From the NCBI GenBank assembly GCA_963664395.2, contig OY761159.2, positions 4,672,001 to 4,736,000 on the forward strand: 64,000 nucleotides of DNA, given 5' to 3'. The position numbers were made by a program, and so were the translations under genes. Each line of letters starts with the position of its first letter. The stretch's first letter is position 1. Below the pieces are notes generated by a model. It made no database searches. It was given only the letters and a program-made list of their open reading frames with translations, and had not been told where the DNA came from. The stretch comes from Candidatus Binatia bacterium (GTDB lineage: Bacteria > Desulfobacterota > Binatia > Bin18). This document shows, piece by piece, positions 47,770-57,811 of this stretch.

Positions 47770-50700
47770 ATGCACTCGCACGTGAGGAAAACACTGCTGC
47801 CGACGGCAGTGTGGGGACTGTGTTGGTTGCTACTGATTGCTGGCGACGTCTGGGCGCAGACCGCACCCGGCGCTCCCACCATCACTACGGTTGCGGCAGG
47901 ACACAGCAGCTCTCTCGGTCTCACCCTTGCCGTGACCTGGACCGCACCCGCCGATACCGGCGGCTCGGCCATCGAAGCCTACGATGTGCGCTTCATCGAG
48001 ACTGCCGACGACGAGACGGACGACGCCAACTGGACCGTGGAAGAAGGAGATGGTGCACTGTCCTATACTATCTCCGGTCTGATCGACAGCACGGAATACG
48101 ACGTGCAGGTGCGGGCAATCAACGCCAACGGCGACGGCGCCTGGTCCGCTACCGAAACGGGTACCACCTCCGATCATAGCGACACGACCTCGGGGGCGAC
48201 GAGCCTGACGCTGGACACCGATATGGGCGGCGTCATCGACCCTGGGACCGACGTGGATTACTTCACGTTCACGCTGACCAGAGAAACCGGTATGCTCATC
48301 TATACGACCGGTGATCTCGATACCGTGGGCGAACTCCAGAACAGCAGCGGCTCGGTGATTGACAGTGACGATGATAGCCCTCTCTCCGACACTCCGTTGA
48401 ATTTCTTCATGTGGCAAACCCTTGCAAGGGGAACGTACCGCATCAAGGTCTCCAGCTATGGAGAGGCTACGGGGTCCTACGTCCTGCACGCCAGGGCGAT
48501 GGTCGACAGCAACGGCAGTGCCAACGCGCAAGAGATTACCTTCGACAGTGCTGGAAACGGGGCTGCAAACGGGATTATCTCTCAGGGCGGTCGGTACGGC
48601 GACGTGGATTACTTCAAATTTACGCTCTCGGAAGCGACCGATATCGTCATTCATACCACCGGCCTGGTTGATGATACGGTAACGAACCTGTTTAACAGCG
48701 ACGGAACAGAGCGTCTTGCTGCCAACGATGACGGGTATCTGTGGCCGAGTTCGTATCAATCCCTGATCCGCACCCGCCTTGACGCCGGGACGTACTACAT
48801 CCTGGTCGCCAGCCGTCACCAGATCTATACCGGGTTCTACAATTTGCACGTCAACAAAGTGACGGAGCCGGGCAACTCCCTCGCTACCGCCACCCCCCTG
48901 ATCCTTGGTAAGGCGGGGGGCGGCCGGATCGACCCATCAGACGATGTGGACTACTTCCGCCTCGACATCCCCGAAACGACGACTATCTACTTGGGGGCCA
49001 TAAGTAAAACGGTGCAGGTGCATATCGACGGAGACTTACTTGATAGCAACGGCACCACGTTTTACCCAAATCTGCCTGAAGAGCTCTATGGTAGAGGCTT
49101 TCGTTTCTACGACCGCCTGACCGCGGGCACCTACTACATTAAGGTCACCCATGACGGTGACGACACCGGGCTGTACACTATTCGTGCGTTTGAAGACAGG
49201 AGCTACAACAACTTTCTGACCCGCTGTTCAAACATCCAGACTACTCTCGAAGAGGGCAGTGATCCGCTGTACGGCTGTCAGTGGCATCTGCACAACACGG
49301 GACAACTCACAGGCGGGACGGCAGGCGAAGACATCAACGTCGAAGAGGTCTGGACCGCCGGCAACCTGGGGGCCGGCATCAATGTGGCCGTGGTCGACGA
49401 CGGCATGGATTATACGCACGAGGATTTGAGCGCCAATGTGATTACGGCGCGTAACCACGATTACACCGCCGGCGAGGGCGAAGACACGACCGACATATTT
49501 GATCCCTTTGAAAACCATGGCACGGCGGTGGCGGGACTCATCGCGGCGCAGAATAACAGCCTGGGCGTACGGGGTGTCGCACCCCAGGCAAAAATCTACG
49601 GCCACAATGTCGTCCTGGATCCCACCGAGGCAAACGAAGTCGACGCCATGATACGCAACCTGGAGACTACCGCCGTCTCCAACAACAGTTGGGGACCTCC
49701 CGACGGGCTCGGACCGGCCACCGCTCCCACTATCTGGGAGATGGCGATGGAGAAAGGCATCACGGAAGGGTTTGGTGGCAAGGGCATCTTCTATGCCTGG
49801 GCTGCCGGAAACGGGGTGGAAGGAGGTTCCAACCTCGACGAGTACGCCAACCACTACGGCGTCACCGCCGTCTGTGCGGTGAGCGACCAGGGAAAGCGCT
49901 CCGCGTATTCGGAACGGGGCGCCAACCTGTGGGTCTGCGCGCCGTCGGATGACTTCGACCGCGGTCGGCACGAGATTACCACCACCGATAACGACGACTT
50001 CTACACCAACAGTTTTGGCGGCACCAGCGCGGCCACGCCCATCGTCTCCGGCGTGGCCGCGCTGGTGCGCAGCGCCAATACCGCCCTGAGCTGGCGGGAC
50101 GTGAAGCTCATCCTGGCCGCGTCCGCCCGTAAGAACGACCCGGACAACACCGGCTGGGAGGACGGGGCGCTGCAATACGACTCCGACACGGAGCGCTACC
50201 ACTTCAACCACGAATACGGCTTCGGGGTGGTGGATGCTAAGGCCGCCGTGGATTTGGCCGACGGCTGGACCGATCTTCCGACGCTAGGGCAGGAGACGAA
50301 ATCGTCCGAGAATCTCAACTTGCGCATCCCAGACAGAGGAACGGTCACCAGCAGTCTCACCCTGGGCTCTGCTGTCGCGTTCACCGAGTTCGTCGAAATC
50401 AACGCCGACTTCGGCCACCCTGCCTTCCGGGACCTCCAGGTGGAGTTGGTCTCCCCGTCGGGGACGGTGTCTATCTTATCCGTTCCCCACCGTTTACCCT
50501 ACATCGCGAGATTTATCAGAATCCCATTATGGGGCAGATTCCGGTTCGGCTCGGCCAAGCATCTGGGCGAGGACCCCGCCGGGACGTGGACGCTGCGCAT
50601 AAGCGACCGAGTGTCCGGAGACACCGGCACCCTGAATTCGTGGAGCCTGACCGTCTACGGGCACCGATCCACCCCCGGAGCACCGGACATCGACGCAGTG

Positions 50701-53700
50701 ACGCCGGGGATCGGCTCTCTCACTGTTGTCTGGAAGGAGCCGACCAATACTGGCGCATCCGCCATTACCGGCTACGACGTGCGCTACATCAAGACCACCG
50801 AGGACGAGACGGACGACGCCAACTGGACGGAGGTTGACACCGGCTGGACCTCCGGGGACGATCTGGAATACATCATCAGCAACCTGTCCGATGACGTTGC
50901 CTACGACATCCAGGTGCGGGCGGTCAACGACCAGGGCGACGGCGCGTGGTCAGACACGGCCACCGAGACGCCCTCAGGCGACGCGCCCTACTTCTCGGAA
51001 AGAGCCGCCACCACCCGGAGCGTCGATGAGAATGCGACCGCCGGCACGAACGTTGGCGCCCCGGTCGAGGCGACCGATCCCACCAACGAGACTTTGACTT
51101 ACACGCTTTTAGGCACCGACGCCGGCTCGTTTGATATCGATGACAGCACCGGCCAATTGTCAGTAGCCTCAGGGACGGCGCTGGACCACGAGACCAAGCC
51201 CAGCTACGCCGTCACCGTGACGGCCACCGATCCCGTAACGGCTACCGACCCCTCCGCAGACTCCGACTCCATCGCCGTGACTATCGAAGTCGAAGACGTG
51301 GATGAATCGCCCACGCTGACGGGCAAAGACAGCGTCTCGTATGCCGAGAACAGCATTCTCCCGGTCACTGAATACGACGCCCGTGACCCGGAGGAGGAGT
51401 CCCTCATTTGGTCGGTGGCCGGGACTGACGGTGGCGCCTTCTCCATCAGCAACGGTGTCCTGAGCTTCGACTCCGCTCCCGACTTCGAGGCGCCCCGCAG
51501 CAACGTCTATGAAGTGACCGTAGTCGCCTCGGATAGGACCTCCCGCCCCGCTCGACTGCCCGTCACCGTCACCGTCACCAACGTGGATGAAGTGCACACG
51601 CTGACGGAGCTGAGCCGCGTCTCGTCGTATGACGAGAACGGCATCGGGTCGGTTGCGGGATATATCGTCACCGACCCGGAGGGTGTGTCACCCACCTGGA
51701 CGCTGGCGGGTACCGACCGGGGCGACTTCACCATCAGCAACGGCGTCCTGCGCTTCACAAACTCACCCGACTTCGAGCAACCCGCCGACGCCGGTGGCAA
51801 CAATTTCTATGAGGTGACCGTACAAGCCACCGCTGGGATTCACACCAGAGAGCAGGCCCTCACTGTCCGTGTCACCGGCGTGGATGAACCGCCCACGCTG
51901 ACGGGACCGACCAGCGTGCCACTGTATGACGAGAACAACACGGCCCAGGTCGCCCGCTACACCGCCACCGACCCGGAGGGTAAGACCGTCCTCTGGTCGG
52001 TGACCGGAACCGACGCCTTCGATATCAGCAACGATGGTGTTCTCACCTTCAAAAGTCCGCCCGACTATGAGGCGGCCGACAGCCACACCGTGACCGTGCA
52101 AGCCTCTGATGAGACCACCGACCCCGCGACGCAAGCCCTCACCGTCACCATCAACAACCTGGACGAAGCGGGCCGCCTGACCCTGTCGTCAGAGCAGCCG
52201 CAGGTGGATGCCGCGTTGACCGCAACCCTGACCGACCCCGACATCCCTGTCTCTATCAACTGGGTGTGGGAGCGTTCCTCGAACAGGAGTACGTGGACGG
52301 AGATTGCTGGGGCGGACTCGGGCAGCTACACGCCGGAGACCGGCGACATAAGCAACTATCTGCGGGTCAGGGTGACCTACACCGACGGGCATGGGGAGCC
52401 CGACAGTAAAAGTTTCCAGCGTATGGCCACCAACCCGGTGAGGGATGAGCAGGGCAGGAACCCACCACAATTCCCGGAACCCACCACAACCCGTAGCGTC
52501 CAGGAGAACGCGGCTGCCGGGAGTCCCGTCGGCGCACCCGTGACGGCAACGGATGCGGACGAGGCGGACAAAGACCTGCTGACCTACACGCTCTCGGACG
52601 CTGACGCCGGTCCGTTTGCCCTCAACCCCGATACCGGCCAACTGACGGTGGCCGAGGGGACGGAGTTGGACCACGAGACCACGTCGAGCTACGCCGTCAC
52701 CGTGACGGCCACCGACCCCTCCGGAGCCTCCGACTCCATCGTTGTGACTATCACCGTCGAAAATGAGGATGAGCCGCTCACACTGATGGGACCGAGCGCC
52801 GTCCCGTACGCGGAGAACGACACGGGGCCAGTTGACACCTTCAGCGCTGACGACCCGGAGCACGAACACGACCCGATTACCTGGCCGATTACCTGGGCGC
52901 TAACAGGAGTCGATCGAAACTCTCTCACCCTCACCGCTAACATCACCGACGCCACCCTCACCTTCAACGACCCGCCCGACTACGAGGCGGACACCCGCTA
53001 CACTGTGACCGTGGAAGCCTCCGCCGGGAGCCATACCGCGCGACAGACCGTCACCGTCAACGTCACCGACGTGAACGAGCAGCCGACAATCACCAGGCCA
53101 GCCGATACCGATATCCCGTATGAGGAGCACGGCACGGGGCCGGTTGCCACCTACCGCGCCACCGACCCGGAACGCGACCCGATTCAGTGGACCGTCGATT
53201 CCGACGACTTCACCATCAGCGCCGGGGTTCTGCGCTTCCGCACCCCGCCCGACTATGAAGCGGACAACCGCTACACCGTGACCGTGACAGCCTCCGATGG
53301 AGAGTTTACTGATGAGCTGCCCGTGACGGTCAGCGTGACCAACGAGGACGAAGATGGCAGCCTGACCCTGTCGTCGGTACAGCCGCAGGTGGATGCCGAG
53401 TTGACCGCAACCCTGACCGATCCCGACGGCCTCGTCTCCACCGACTGGGTCTGGGAGCGGTCGCAGGACAACAAGCGGACTTGGGAGCCCGTCAAGGGGA
53501 CGCCCGCCGCCAGCGTCGAAGAAGACCTCTATACGCCGGAGACTGCCGACGTGGGCGCGTACCTGCGGGTCACAGTGACGTACACCGACGGGGCCGGGGC
53601 CGACAAGCGCGTTCCGCCGATCGTTGCGCCCTATGCGGTACGACAGGCGCGGGTCAATAACGATCCCCCGGCATTTACCGAGCCCACGGCCACTCTCACC

Positions 53701-55314
53701 ATCGGAGCCAACGCGAGAGCGGGGAGTAGCGTCGGTACACCGGTGAGGGCCGAGGACCCTGGTGACCCGCTCACCTATACGCTGGACGAAACGGAATCGG
53801 CTGCGGCCTGTTTCGATATCGACTGGCTCAGCGGCCAGATCACGGTGGGCCCACAGGGGGTGGCGCCCTGTGCAAACTCGGTGACGCGGTCACCCGGGCA
53901 GCGCACGATAAGCGCGAGGGCTGAGGAACCCAAGACCTACCAACTCACCGTGCTCGCCTCTGACCCGTCCGGGGAATCCGCCGACATCCCCGTCTTCATC
54001 ACCGTCTCGTCTTCTCCGCCGCCCCCGCCACCCCCGTCACCCCCGCCACCGCCTCCGCCTGATCGTGGGGGCAGCGTGGGTGGGGGCGGCGGCGGTGGGG
54101 GCGGGGGCGGTGCTCCCGCCTGTACGCAGGATGACGTGCACGCCAACACCGCCGCACAGGCCACTGACAGTGCGCTGTCTGCGGTGACGGCCGGCGCGAT
54201 CTGTCCAGCCACCGACGTGGATTATTTTACCGTCACCGCCCCCGGCCAAGGTCTCGTCTTTGTGGACACCACCGGCGGCGTGCAGACCCGAGGGATCATC
54301 TGGCAGAACGACGTAGTCTTGGCGTCCGGCTCCACGGGGAGCAGTGGGCAGGCCGACCGGCTTGGATATCGCGTGCAGGCCGGCCCAGTCGTGGTGGCCG
54401 TGCAAGGGCAAGGCGGGGCGACCGGGCCGTATGCCGTCGAGATCACCTTTGTGCAAGGCACTCTGGAGAACCCCGGCCCCGATTCGTTTCAAAGTGGTGT
54501 GGGCGTACTGTCGGGCTGGGTGTGTGAGGCGGCGGTGGTGGAGATTGAGTTGAACGGGATACCGCAGGAGGCGGCGTATGGGACGGAGCGGCTGGACACG
54601 CTGAGGGCGTGTGGCGACACGGACAACGGCTTTGGCCTCTTGTTCAACTGGAATCTGTTGAGAGATGGGGAGCATGAAGTCGTGGCCCTGGTCGATGGCG
54701 TGGAGTTGGGCCGGGCGACGGTGACCGTGACGACGCTGGGACAGGAGTTTCTGCGAGATGTGACGGGGACGTGTGAGGCCGCAGACTTCCCGACGCTGGG
54801 TGAGCGCGTGACGCTGGAGTGGCAGCAGAATAGCCAGAACTTCGTCATTGCGGGGGGGAGTCCCCCGGCTGGGGCCACCACGGGCCGGACGAGTGGGCTG
54901 ACGGGGTTTCTGGAGAATCCGGGTCATAACTCCTTTCAGAGTGGGGTCCGGGTGCTCTCGGGTTGGGTGTGTGACGCGGACACGGTCGAGCTTGCGATTG
55001 GGACCGCCGGGCGGCAGGTGGCCGCGTATGGGACGGAGCGGTTAGATACAGCCGGAGTCTGTGGGGATACGGACAATGGGTTTGGGTTGTTGTTCAACTG
55101 GAATCTGTTGGGGGAGGGGGAACATGAGGTGGTGGCCTACGTCGATGGGGTCGAATTGGGTCGAGCCACGGTGCGGGTGACGACCCTGGGGGCAGAGTTT
55201 CTGCGGGGGGTTGAGGGCGAGTGTATGGCGGAGGACTTTCCCATGCTGGGCGAGACGGTCACACTGGAATGGCAGCAGAATAGTCAGAATTTTGTCATTA
55301 CAGACGTGGAGTAG
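47770..55314 (+). CDS. 2514-aa secreted kexin-like S8 serine protease/adhesin (FN3, PPC x3, S8, P-domain, FN3, cadherin/Ig-like repeats, PPC, tandem C-terminal domain)
   Basis: Signal peptide; VAVVDDG, HGTAVAG, WAAGN, GTSAATP, YGFGVVDA; DLQVELVSPSG..GTWTLRI; repeated ATDP/LDHE/PDYE motifs. Confidence 0.93.
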   Translation: MHSHVRKTLLPTAVWGLCWLLLIAGDVWAQTAPGAPTITTVAAGHSSSLGLTLAVTWTAPADTGGSAIEAYDVRFIETADDETDDANWTVEEGDGALSYTISGLIDSTEYDVQVRAINANGDGAWSATETGTTSDHSDTTSGATSLTLDTDMGGVIDPGTDVDYFTFTLTRETGMLIYTTGDLDTVGELQNSSGSVIDSDDDSPLSDTPLNFFMWQTLARGTYRIKVSSYGEATGSYVLHARAMVDSNGSANAQEITFDSAGNGAANGIISQGGRYGDVDYFKFTLSEATDIVIHTTGLVDDTVTNLFNSDGTERLAANDDGYLWPSSYQSLIRTRLDAGTYYILVASRHQIYTGFYNLHVNKVTEPGNSLATATPLILGKAGGGRIDPSDDVDYFRLDIPETTTIYLGAISKTVQVHIDGDLLDSNGTTFYPNLPEELYGRGFRFYDRLTAGTYYIKVTHDGDDTGLYTIRAFEDRSYNNFLTRCSNIQTTLEEGSDPLYGCQWHLHNTGQLTGGTAGEDINVEEVWTAGNLGAGINVAVVDDGMDYTHEDLSANVITARNHDYTAGEGEDTTDIFDPFENHGTAVAGLIAAQNNSLGVRGVAPQAKIYGHNVVLDPTEANEVDAMIRNLETTAVSNNSWGPPDGLGPATAPTIWEMAMEKGITEGFGGKGIFYAWAAGNGVEGGSNLDEYANHYGVTAVCAVSDQGKRSAYSERGANLWVCAPSDDFDRGRHEITTTDNDDFYTNSFGGTSAATPIVSGVAALVRSANTALSWRDVKLILAASARKNDPDNTGWEDGALQYDSDTERYHFNHEYGFGVVDAKAAVDLADGWTDLPTLGQETKSSENLNLRIPDRGTVTSSLTLGSAVAFTEFVEINADFGHPAFRDLQVELVSPSGTVSILSVPHRLPYIARFIRIPLWGRFRFGSAKHLGEDPAGTWTLRISDRVSGDTGTLNSWSLTVYGHRSTPGAPDIDAVTPGIGSLTVVWKEPTNTGASAITGYDVRYIKTTEDETDDANWTEVDTGWTSGDDLEYIISNLSDDVAYDIQVRAVNDQGDGAWSDTATETPSGDAPYFSERAATTRSVDENATAGTNVGAPVEATDPTNETLTYTLLGTDAGSFDIDDSTGQLSVASGTALDHETKPSYAVTVTATDPVTATDPSADSDSIAVTIEVEDVDESPTLTGKDSVSYAENSILPVTEYDARDPEEESLIWSVAGTDGGAFSISNGVLSFDSAPDFEAPRSNVYEVTVVASDRTSRPARLPVTVTVTNVDEVHTLTELSRVSSYDENGIGSVAGYIVTDPEGVSPTWTLAGTDRGDFTISNGVLRFTNSPDFEQPADAGGNNFYEVTVQATAGIHTREQALTVRVTGVDEPPTLTGPTSVPLYDENNTAQVARYTATDPEGKTVLWSVTGTDAFDISNDGVLTFKSPPDYEAADSHTVTVQASDETTDPATQALTVTINNLDEAGRLTLSSEQPQVDAALTATLTDPDIPVSINWVWERSSNRSTWTEIAGADSGSYTPETGDISNYLRVRVTYTDGHGEPDSKSFQRMATNPVRDEQGRNPPQFPEPTTTRSVQENAAAGSPVGAPVTATDADEADKDLLTYTLSDADAGPFALNPDTGQLTVAEGTELDHETTSSYAVTVTATDPSGASDSIVVTITVENEDEPLTLMGPSAVPYAENDTGPVDTFSADDPEHEHDPITWPITWALTGVDRNSLTLTANITDATLTFNDPPDYEADTRYTVTVEASAGSHTARQTVTVNVTDVNEQPTITRPADTDIPYEEHGTGPVATYRATDPERDPIQWTVDSDDFTISAGVLRFRTPPDYEADNRYTVTVTASDGEFTDELPVTVSVTNEDEDGSLTLSSVQPQVDAELTATLTDPDGLVSTDWVWERSQDNKRTWEPVKGTPAASVEEDLYTPETADVGAYLRVTVTYTDGAGADKRVPPIVAPYAVRQARVNNDPPAFTEPTATLTIGANARAGSSVGTPVRAEDPGDPLTYTLDETESAAACFDIDWLSGQITVGPQGVAPCANSVTRSPGQRTISARAEEPKTYQLTVLASDPSGESADIPVFITVSSSPPPPPPPSPPPPPPPDRGGSVGGGGGGGGGGGAPACTQDDVHANTAAQATDSALSAVTAGAICPATDVDYFTVTAPGQGLVFVDTTGGVQTRGIIWQNDVVLASGSTGSSGQADRLGYRVQAGPVVVAVQGQGGATGPYAVEITFVQGTLENPGPDSFQSGVGVLSGWVCEAAVVEIELNGIPQEAAYGTERLDTLRACGDTDNGFGLLFNWNLLRDGEHEVVALVDGVELGRATVTVTTLGQEFLRDVTGTCEAADFPTLGERVTLEWQQNSQNFVIAGGSPPAGATTGRTSGLTGFLENPGHNSFQSGVRVLSGWVCDADTVELAIGTAGRQVAAYGTERLDTAGVCGDTDNGFGLLFNWNLLGEGEHEVVAYVDGVELGRATVRVTTLGAEFLRGVEGECMAEDFPMLGETVTLEWQQNSQNFVITDVE

Positions 55315-55473
55315 AGGGGTCGGGCCGGTGGGATCGTGCCGCCCTCAGGGCCTACGATTGGGAGACCTTGGGTGCCGTCAAAGACCAAACGCCCGGCGGC
55401 GTTCGATCGAAATCCCCAGGAGGCGCAGTGAGACACGACCTCCCCTTACTTTCGATTTCAAAGTGACACGACC
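55315..55473. repeat. Array element copy C (longest)
   Basis: Starts at the protease stop; 5' part matches copy B, 3' end matches copy A. Confidence 0.92.
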
Positions 55474-55542
55474 GCAAATCCAACCAAGCACTATTCGTCG
55501 ACCCTCCTCGCGTTGTGTTCTTGCAGTCCTCCAGCGTGCAGC

Positions 55543-56139
55543 CTACGCATCTTTTTCCACGCCGGTCCCGGCACATTCGATCAGTCGCTTTTCCGTGACA
55601 ATGTAGTCCACGCGCTCGTCATGCTCATCAATAGGGATGTGCGAGACGATTTGGTAGTCATAGGCAAGACCAACTCGAAAAGCTCCAGCTAAAATTCCTC
55701 TCAACGCCCGGTCATAATAGCCTCGGCCGCGGCCAAGTCGGTGGCCGGCCCGATCAAAACCAACGCCGGGGATCAGCACCAGATCAGTGTGGGCGACACT
55801 CGTGAGCAGGTCTTCCCCCGGTGGGATCAGTATATCAAAAATTCCTGGAATTAAATGATCTTCGTCTTGGCGCCTGACGAACTCAATCGCCTGTTTATCC
55901 GCGCTGATTCTCGGGTAGTAGACATATTTTCCTTGCCTGCGGGCTGCCTGCCACAGCCCGTCGGTTTCTACTTCATTTTCATGCGGACTGTACAGCATAA
56001 GCTGCCGGGCTTGGTGAAAAATCGAGCGAGCCAACAAACGGGCCGCAATCCGCTGACTGTTTTTCTCGACTTCCTGGGCTGAGAGTGCCCACCGCTGCCG
56101 GCGGAGTACTGTGCGGAGTCGTTGTTTTTCAGCCCGCAT
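55543..56139 (-). CDS. 5-formyltetrahydrofolate cyclo-ligase
   Basis: KQRLR, EVET, YYPRI, IPGVGFD..GHRLGRGRGYYDR, HDERVDYIVTE. Confidence 0.93.
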   Translation of the reverse strand: MRAEKQRLRTVLRRQRWALSAQEVEKNSQRIAARLLARSIFHQARQLMLYSPHENEVETDGLWQAARRQGKYVYYPRISADKQAIEFVRRQDEDHLIPGIFDILIPPGEDLLTSVAHTDLVLIPGVGFDRAGHRLGRGRGYYDRALRGILAGAFRVGLAYDYQIVSHIPIDEHDERVDYIVTEKRLIECAGTGVEKDA

Positions 56140-56176
56140 AAACGTCAATGGACCCAACAGGTCAGTATGAGTTCTC

Positions 56177-56629
56177 CTAGCCGCGTTCGGGTAAGGTGAA
56201 GGTCGCTTCACCGGTCAGAATGTTCTCACCTTTTTGATTACGCTGCCAGATCTCACAATCGACTAGAGGCTCGTTAGTGGGCTCGGCATCTGCATGATAC
56301 GTCCGCGTCACAACCCCGCCACAGGTCAACATATCGTCCGGAAAAACATTGGCGGCAAAACGCAGCTTGGTTTTTCGGATGTCCCAGGGATGGTGCAGCC
56401 AATCAGTCAGAAAACGATATAAAAAGGTTTCGTTCAGAGGGCCTTGTTGGACAACGTCAGGCAGTCCGCGTTCCTGCGCGTAGACACGATCAAGATGCAG
56501 CGGATTGGTGTCACGCAAAATAATGGCCACTGGGATATACGAAAGACGGTCCATCGGACCATAGGTCGCCTGGGGCAGTGGCATGCCCTCATGCGCATCT
56601 TCAAAAAAGATTTTTGGCCGGGTGTCCAT
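56177..56629 (-). CDS. MaoC-like hot-dog dehydratase subunit
   Basis: DTNPLHLD..YA...GLPDVVQQG, RFAANVFPDD. Confidence 0.85.
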   Translation of the reverse strand: MDTRPKIFFEDAHEGMPLPQATYGPMDRLSYIPVAIILRDTNPLHLDRVYAQERGLPDVVQQGPLNETFLYRFLTDWLHHPWDIRKTKLRFAANVFPDDMLTCGGVVTRTYHADAEPTNEPLVDCEIWQRNQKGENILTGEATFTLPERG

Positions 56630-56634
56630 ATTGA

Positions 56635-57114
56635 CTATTTGAACAGGATATACGACTGCGCGCCCTGAAAGGCTACGGCCTCGGTTTCATCCGTCGCAGT
56701 AAAACGAACTTGGATCACATCAAACCTGCTTTTGCCGTGCTTCTCGTACACATCCGCCACTTCGGCCCGAACGGTCAGCGTTTCGCCAACATAGAGTGGC
56801 CGCACGTATGCCAACTCCTGCTCACCGAACATAGCGGTTCCGGTCCGATAGTTGAACAAAAAGTCTTTTTCCCAATCAAAGGAGCGAATCAGCGCCTGCA
56901 CCGCAATAAAAGGGGCGAACGAGGGTGGAATAACCCGACGTTCATAGCCAGCCGCTTTGGCCCCCTGGTCATTAAGAAATGCGGCCCGCTCTTCGCCCGC
57001 AACGGGGAGATAGTCTTGTATGTCGTCCGCACGAATGGTGTAGCGCACTGGAGACAGGACGCGGCCGATCAAGCCGGTCCGGTCCGGCGCTGTTACAGAT
57101 TCTTGGCTGGCCAT
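56635..57114 (-). CDS. MaoC N-terminal-like (HadA-type) dehydratase partner
   Basis: AKAAGY...IPPSF, GEQELAYVRPLYVGETL. Confidence 0.82.
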   Translation of the reverse strand: MASQESVTAPDRTGLIGRVLSPVRYTIRADDIQDYLPVAGEERAAFLNDQGAKAAGYERRVIPPSFAPFIAVQALIRSFDWEKDFLFNYRTGTAMFGEQELAYVRPLYVGETLTVRAEVADVYEKHGKSRFDVIQVRFTATDETEAVAFQGAQSYILFK

Positions 57115-57162
57115 CGGTCTGGGTCGGTCTGGGCAGGACGCCGGACCCGACGCCCCTTGGGA

Positions 57163-57561
57163 CTACTTTCCAAATACAGCGTTCACGAGTTCGGTATCCA
57201 GATATTCCGTGACTTGCTGCACTTTACCATTTTCGAGTCGAAAGACTTGGGCGTAGGTGTTGTTATACGCCTTACCGGACTTGGTGGTGGACTCGCCACG
57301 GCCTTGCATGACAATAGTGTCCCCTTCTGCAATCAGATTATCCACGTGCATGGTCAGCCCGTTTTCAAGCTGTGCTCCGAGGGGGGCCAGGACTTTTGCA
57401 ACGAGTTCCGCTTTGCCTTTGAACACGCCCGAGAATTTGGTCGAGCCGATAATGGTGAAATTGACATCGTCCGCCAAGGTACTCAAAAAGGCATCCGCAT
57501 TCCCTTTCGAGAGCTCGGCAAACATAGTTCTGATGATTTCCTTATTCTCAGCAGCACTCAT
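57163..57561 (-). CDS. SnoaL/NTF2-like protein
   Basis: ENKEIIR, LADDV, IAEGDTIV, YNNTY, VTEYLDT; AGGAGG RBS. Confidence 0.9.
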   Translation of the reverse strand: MSAAENKEIIRTMFAELSKGNADAFLSTLADDVNFTIIGSTKFSGVFKGKAELVAKVLAPLGAQLENGLTMHVDNLIAEGDTIVMQGRGESTTKSGKAYNNTYAQVFRLENGKVQQVTEYLDTELVNAVFGK

Positions 57562-57692
57562 GATTTCCTCCTATGAAACATCCTTCACCGGGAGAACTGT
57601 ACGCCGGGTGATAAAAGGGTGTCAAGTTTGAAACGGGCAATGTGGGACGGTTCGCACCCCTCCCCTTTCTGCTCCCTCGCCCCGAAGAGTGA

Positions 57693-57793
57693 ACCCACCC
57701 CGCCGCTGACGCGGCACCCCTCCGAGGAGGGGATTGTTCTACTCCCCTCCTTAGGAGGGGTGGTCCTGAGCTTGTCGAAGGGCCGGGGTGGGT
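57693..57793. repeat. Composite REP-like intergenic palindromes
   Basis: Terminal inverted repeat acccacccc/ggggtgggt enclosing two cccctcc-N3-ggagggg hairpins and cctgagcttgtcgaagg. Confidence 0.65.
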
Positions 57794-57811
57794 TCCTTTT
57801 TACATCAGACG

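Noticed and set aside
43306-55314. Diversity-generating retroelement acting on the surface proteins
   Set aside because: No reverse transcriptase; differences between repeat copies do not appear adenine-specific and the C-terminal repeats are conserved, not variable.
56140-56176. 6S RNA upstream of the 5-formyl-THF cyclo-ligase
   Set aside because: Gap is only ~37 nt; no room for it.
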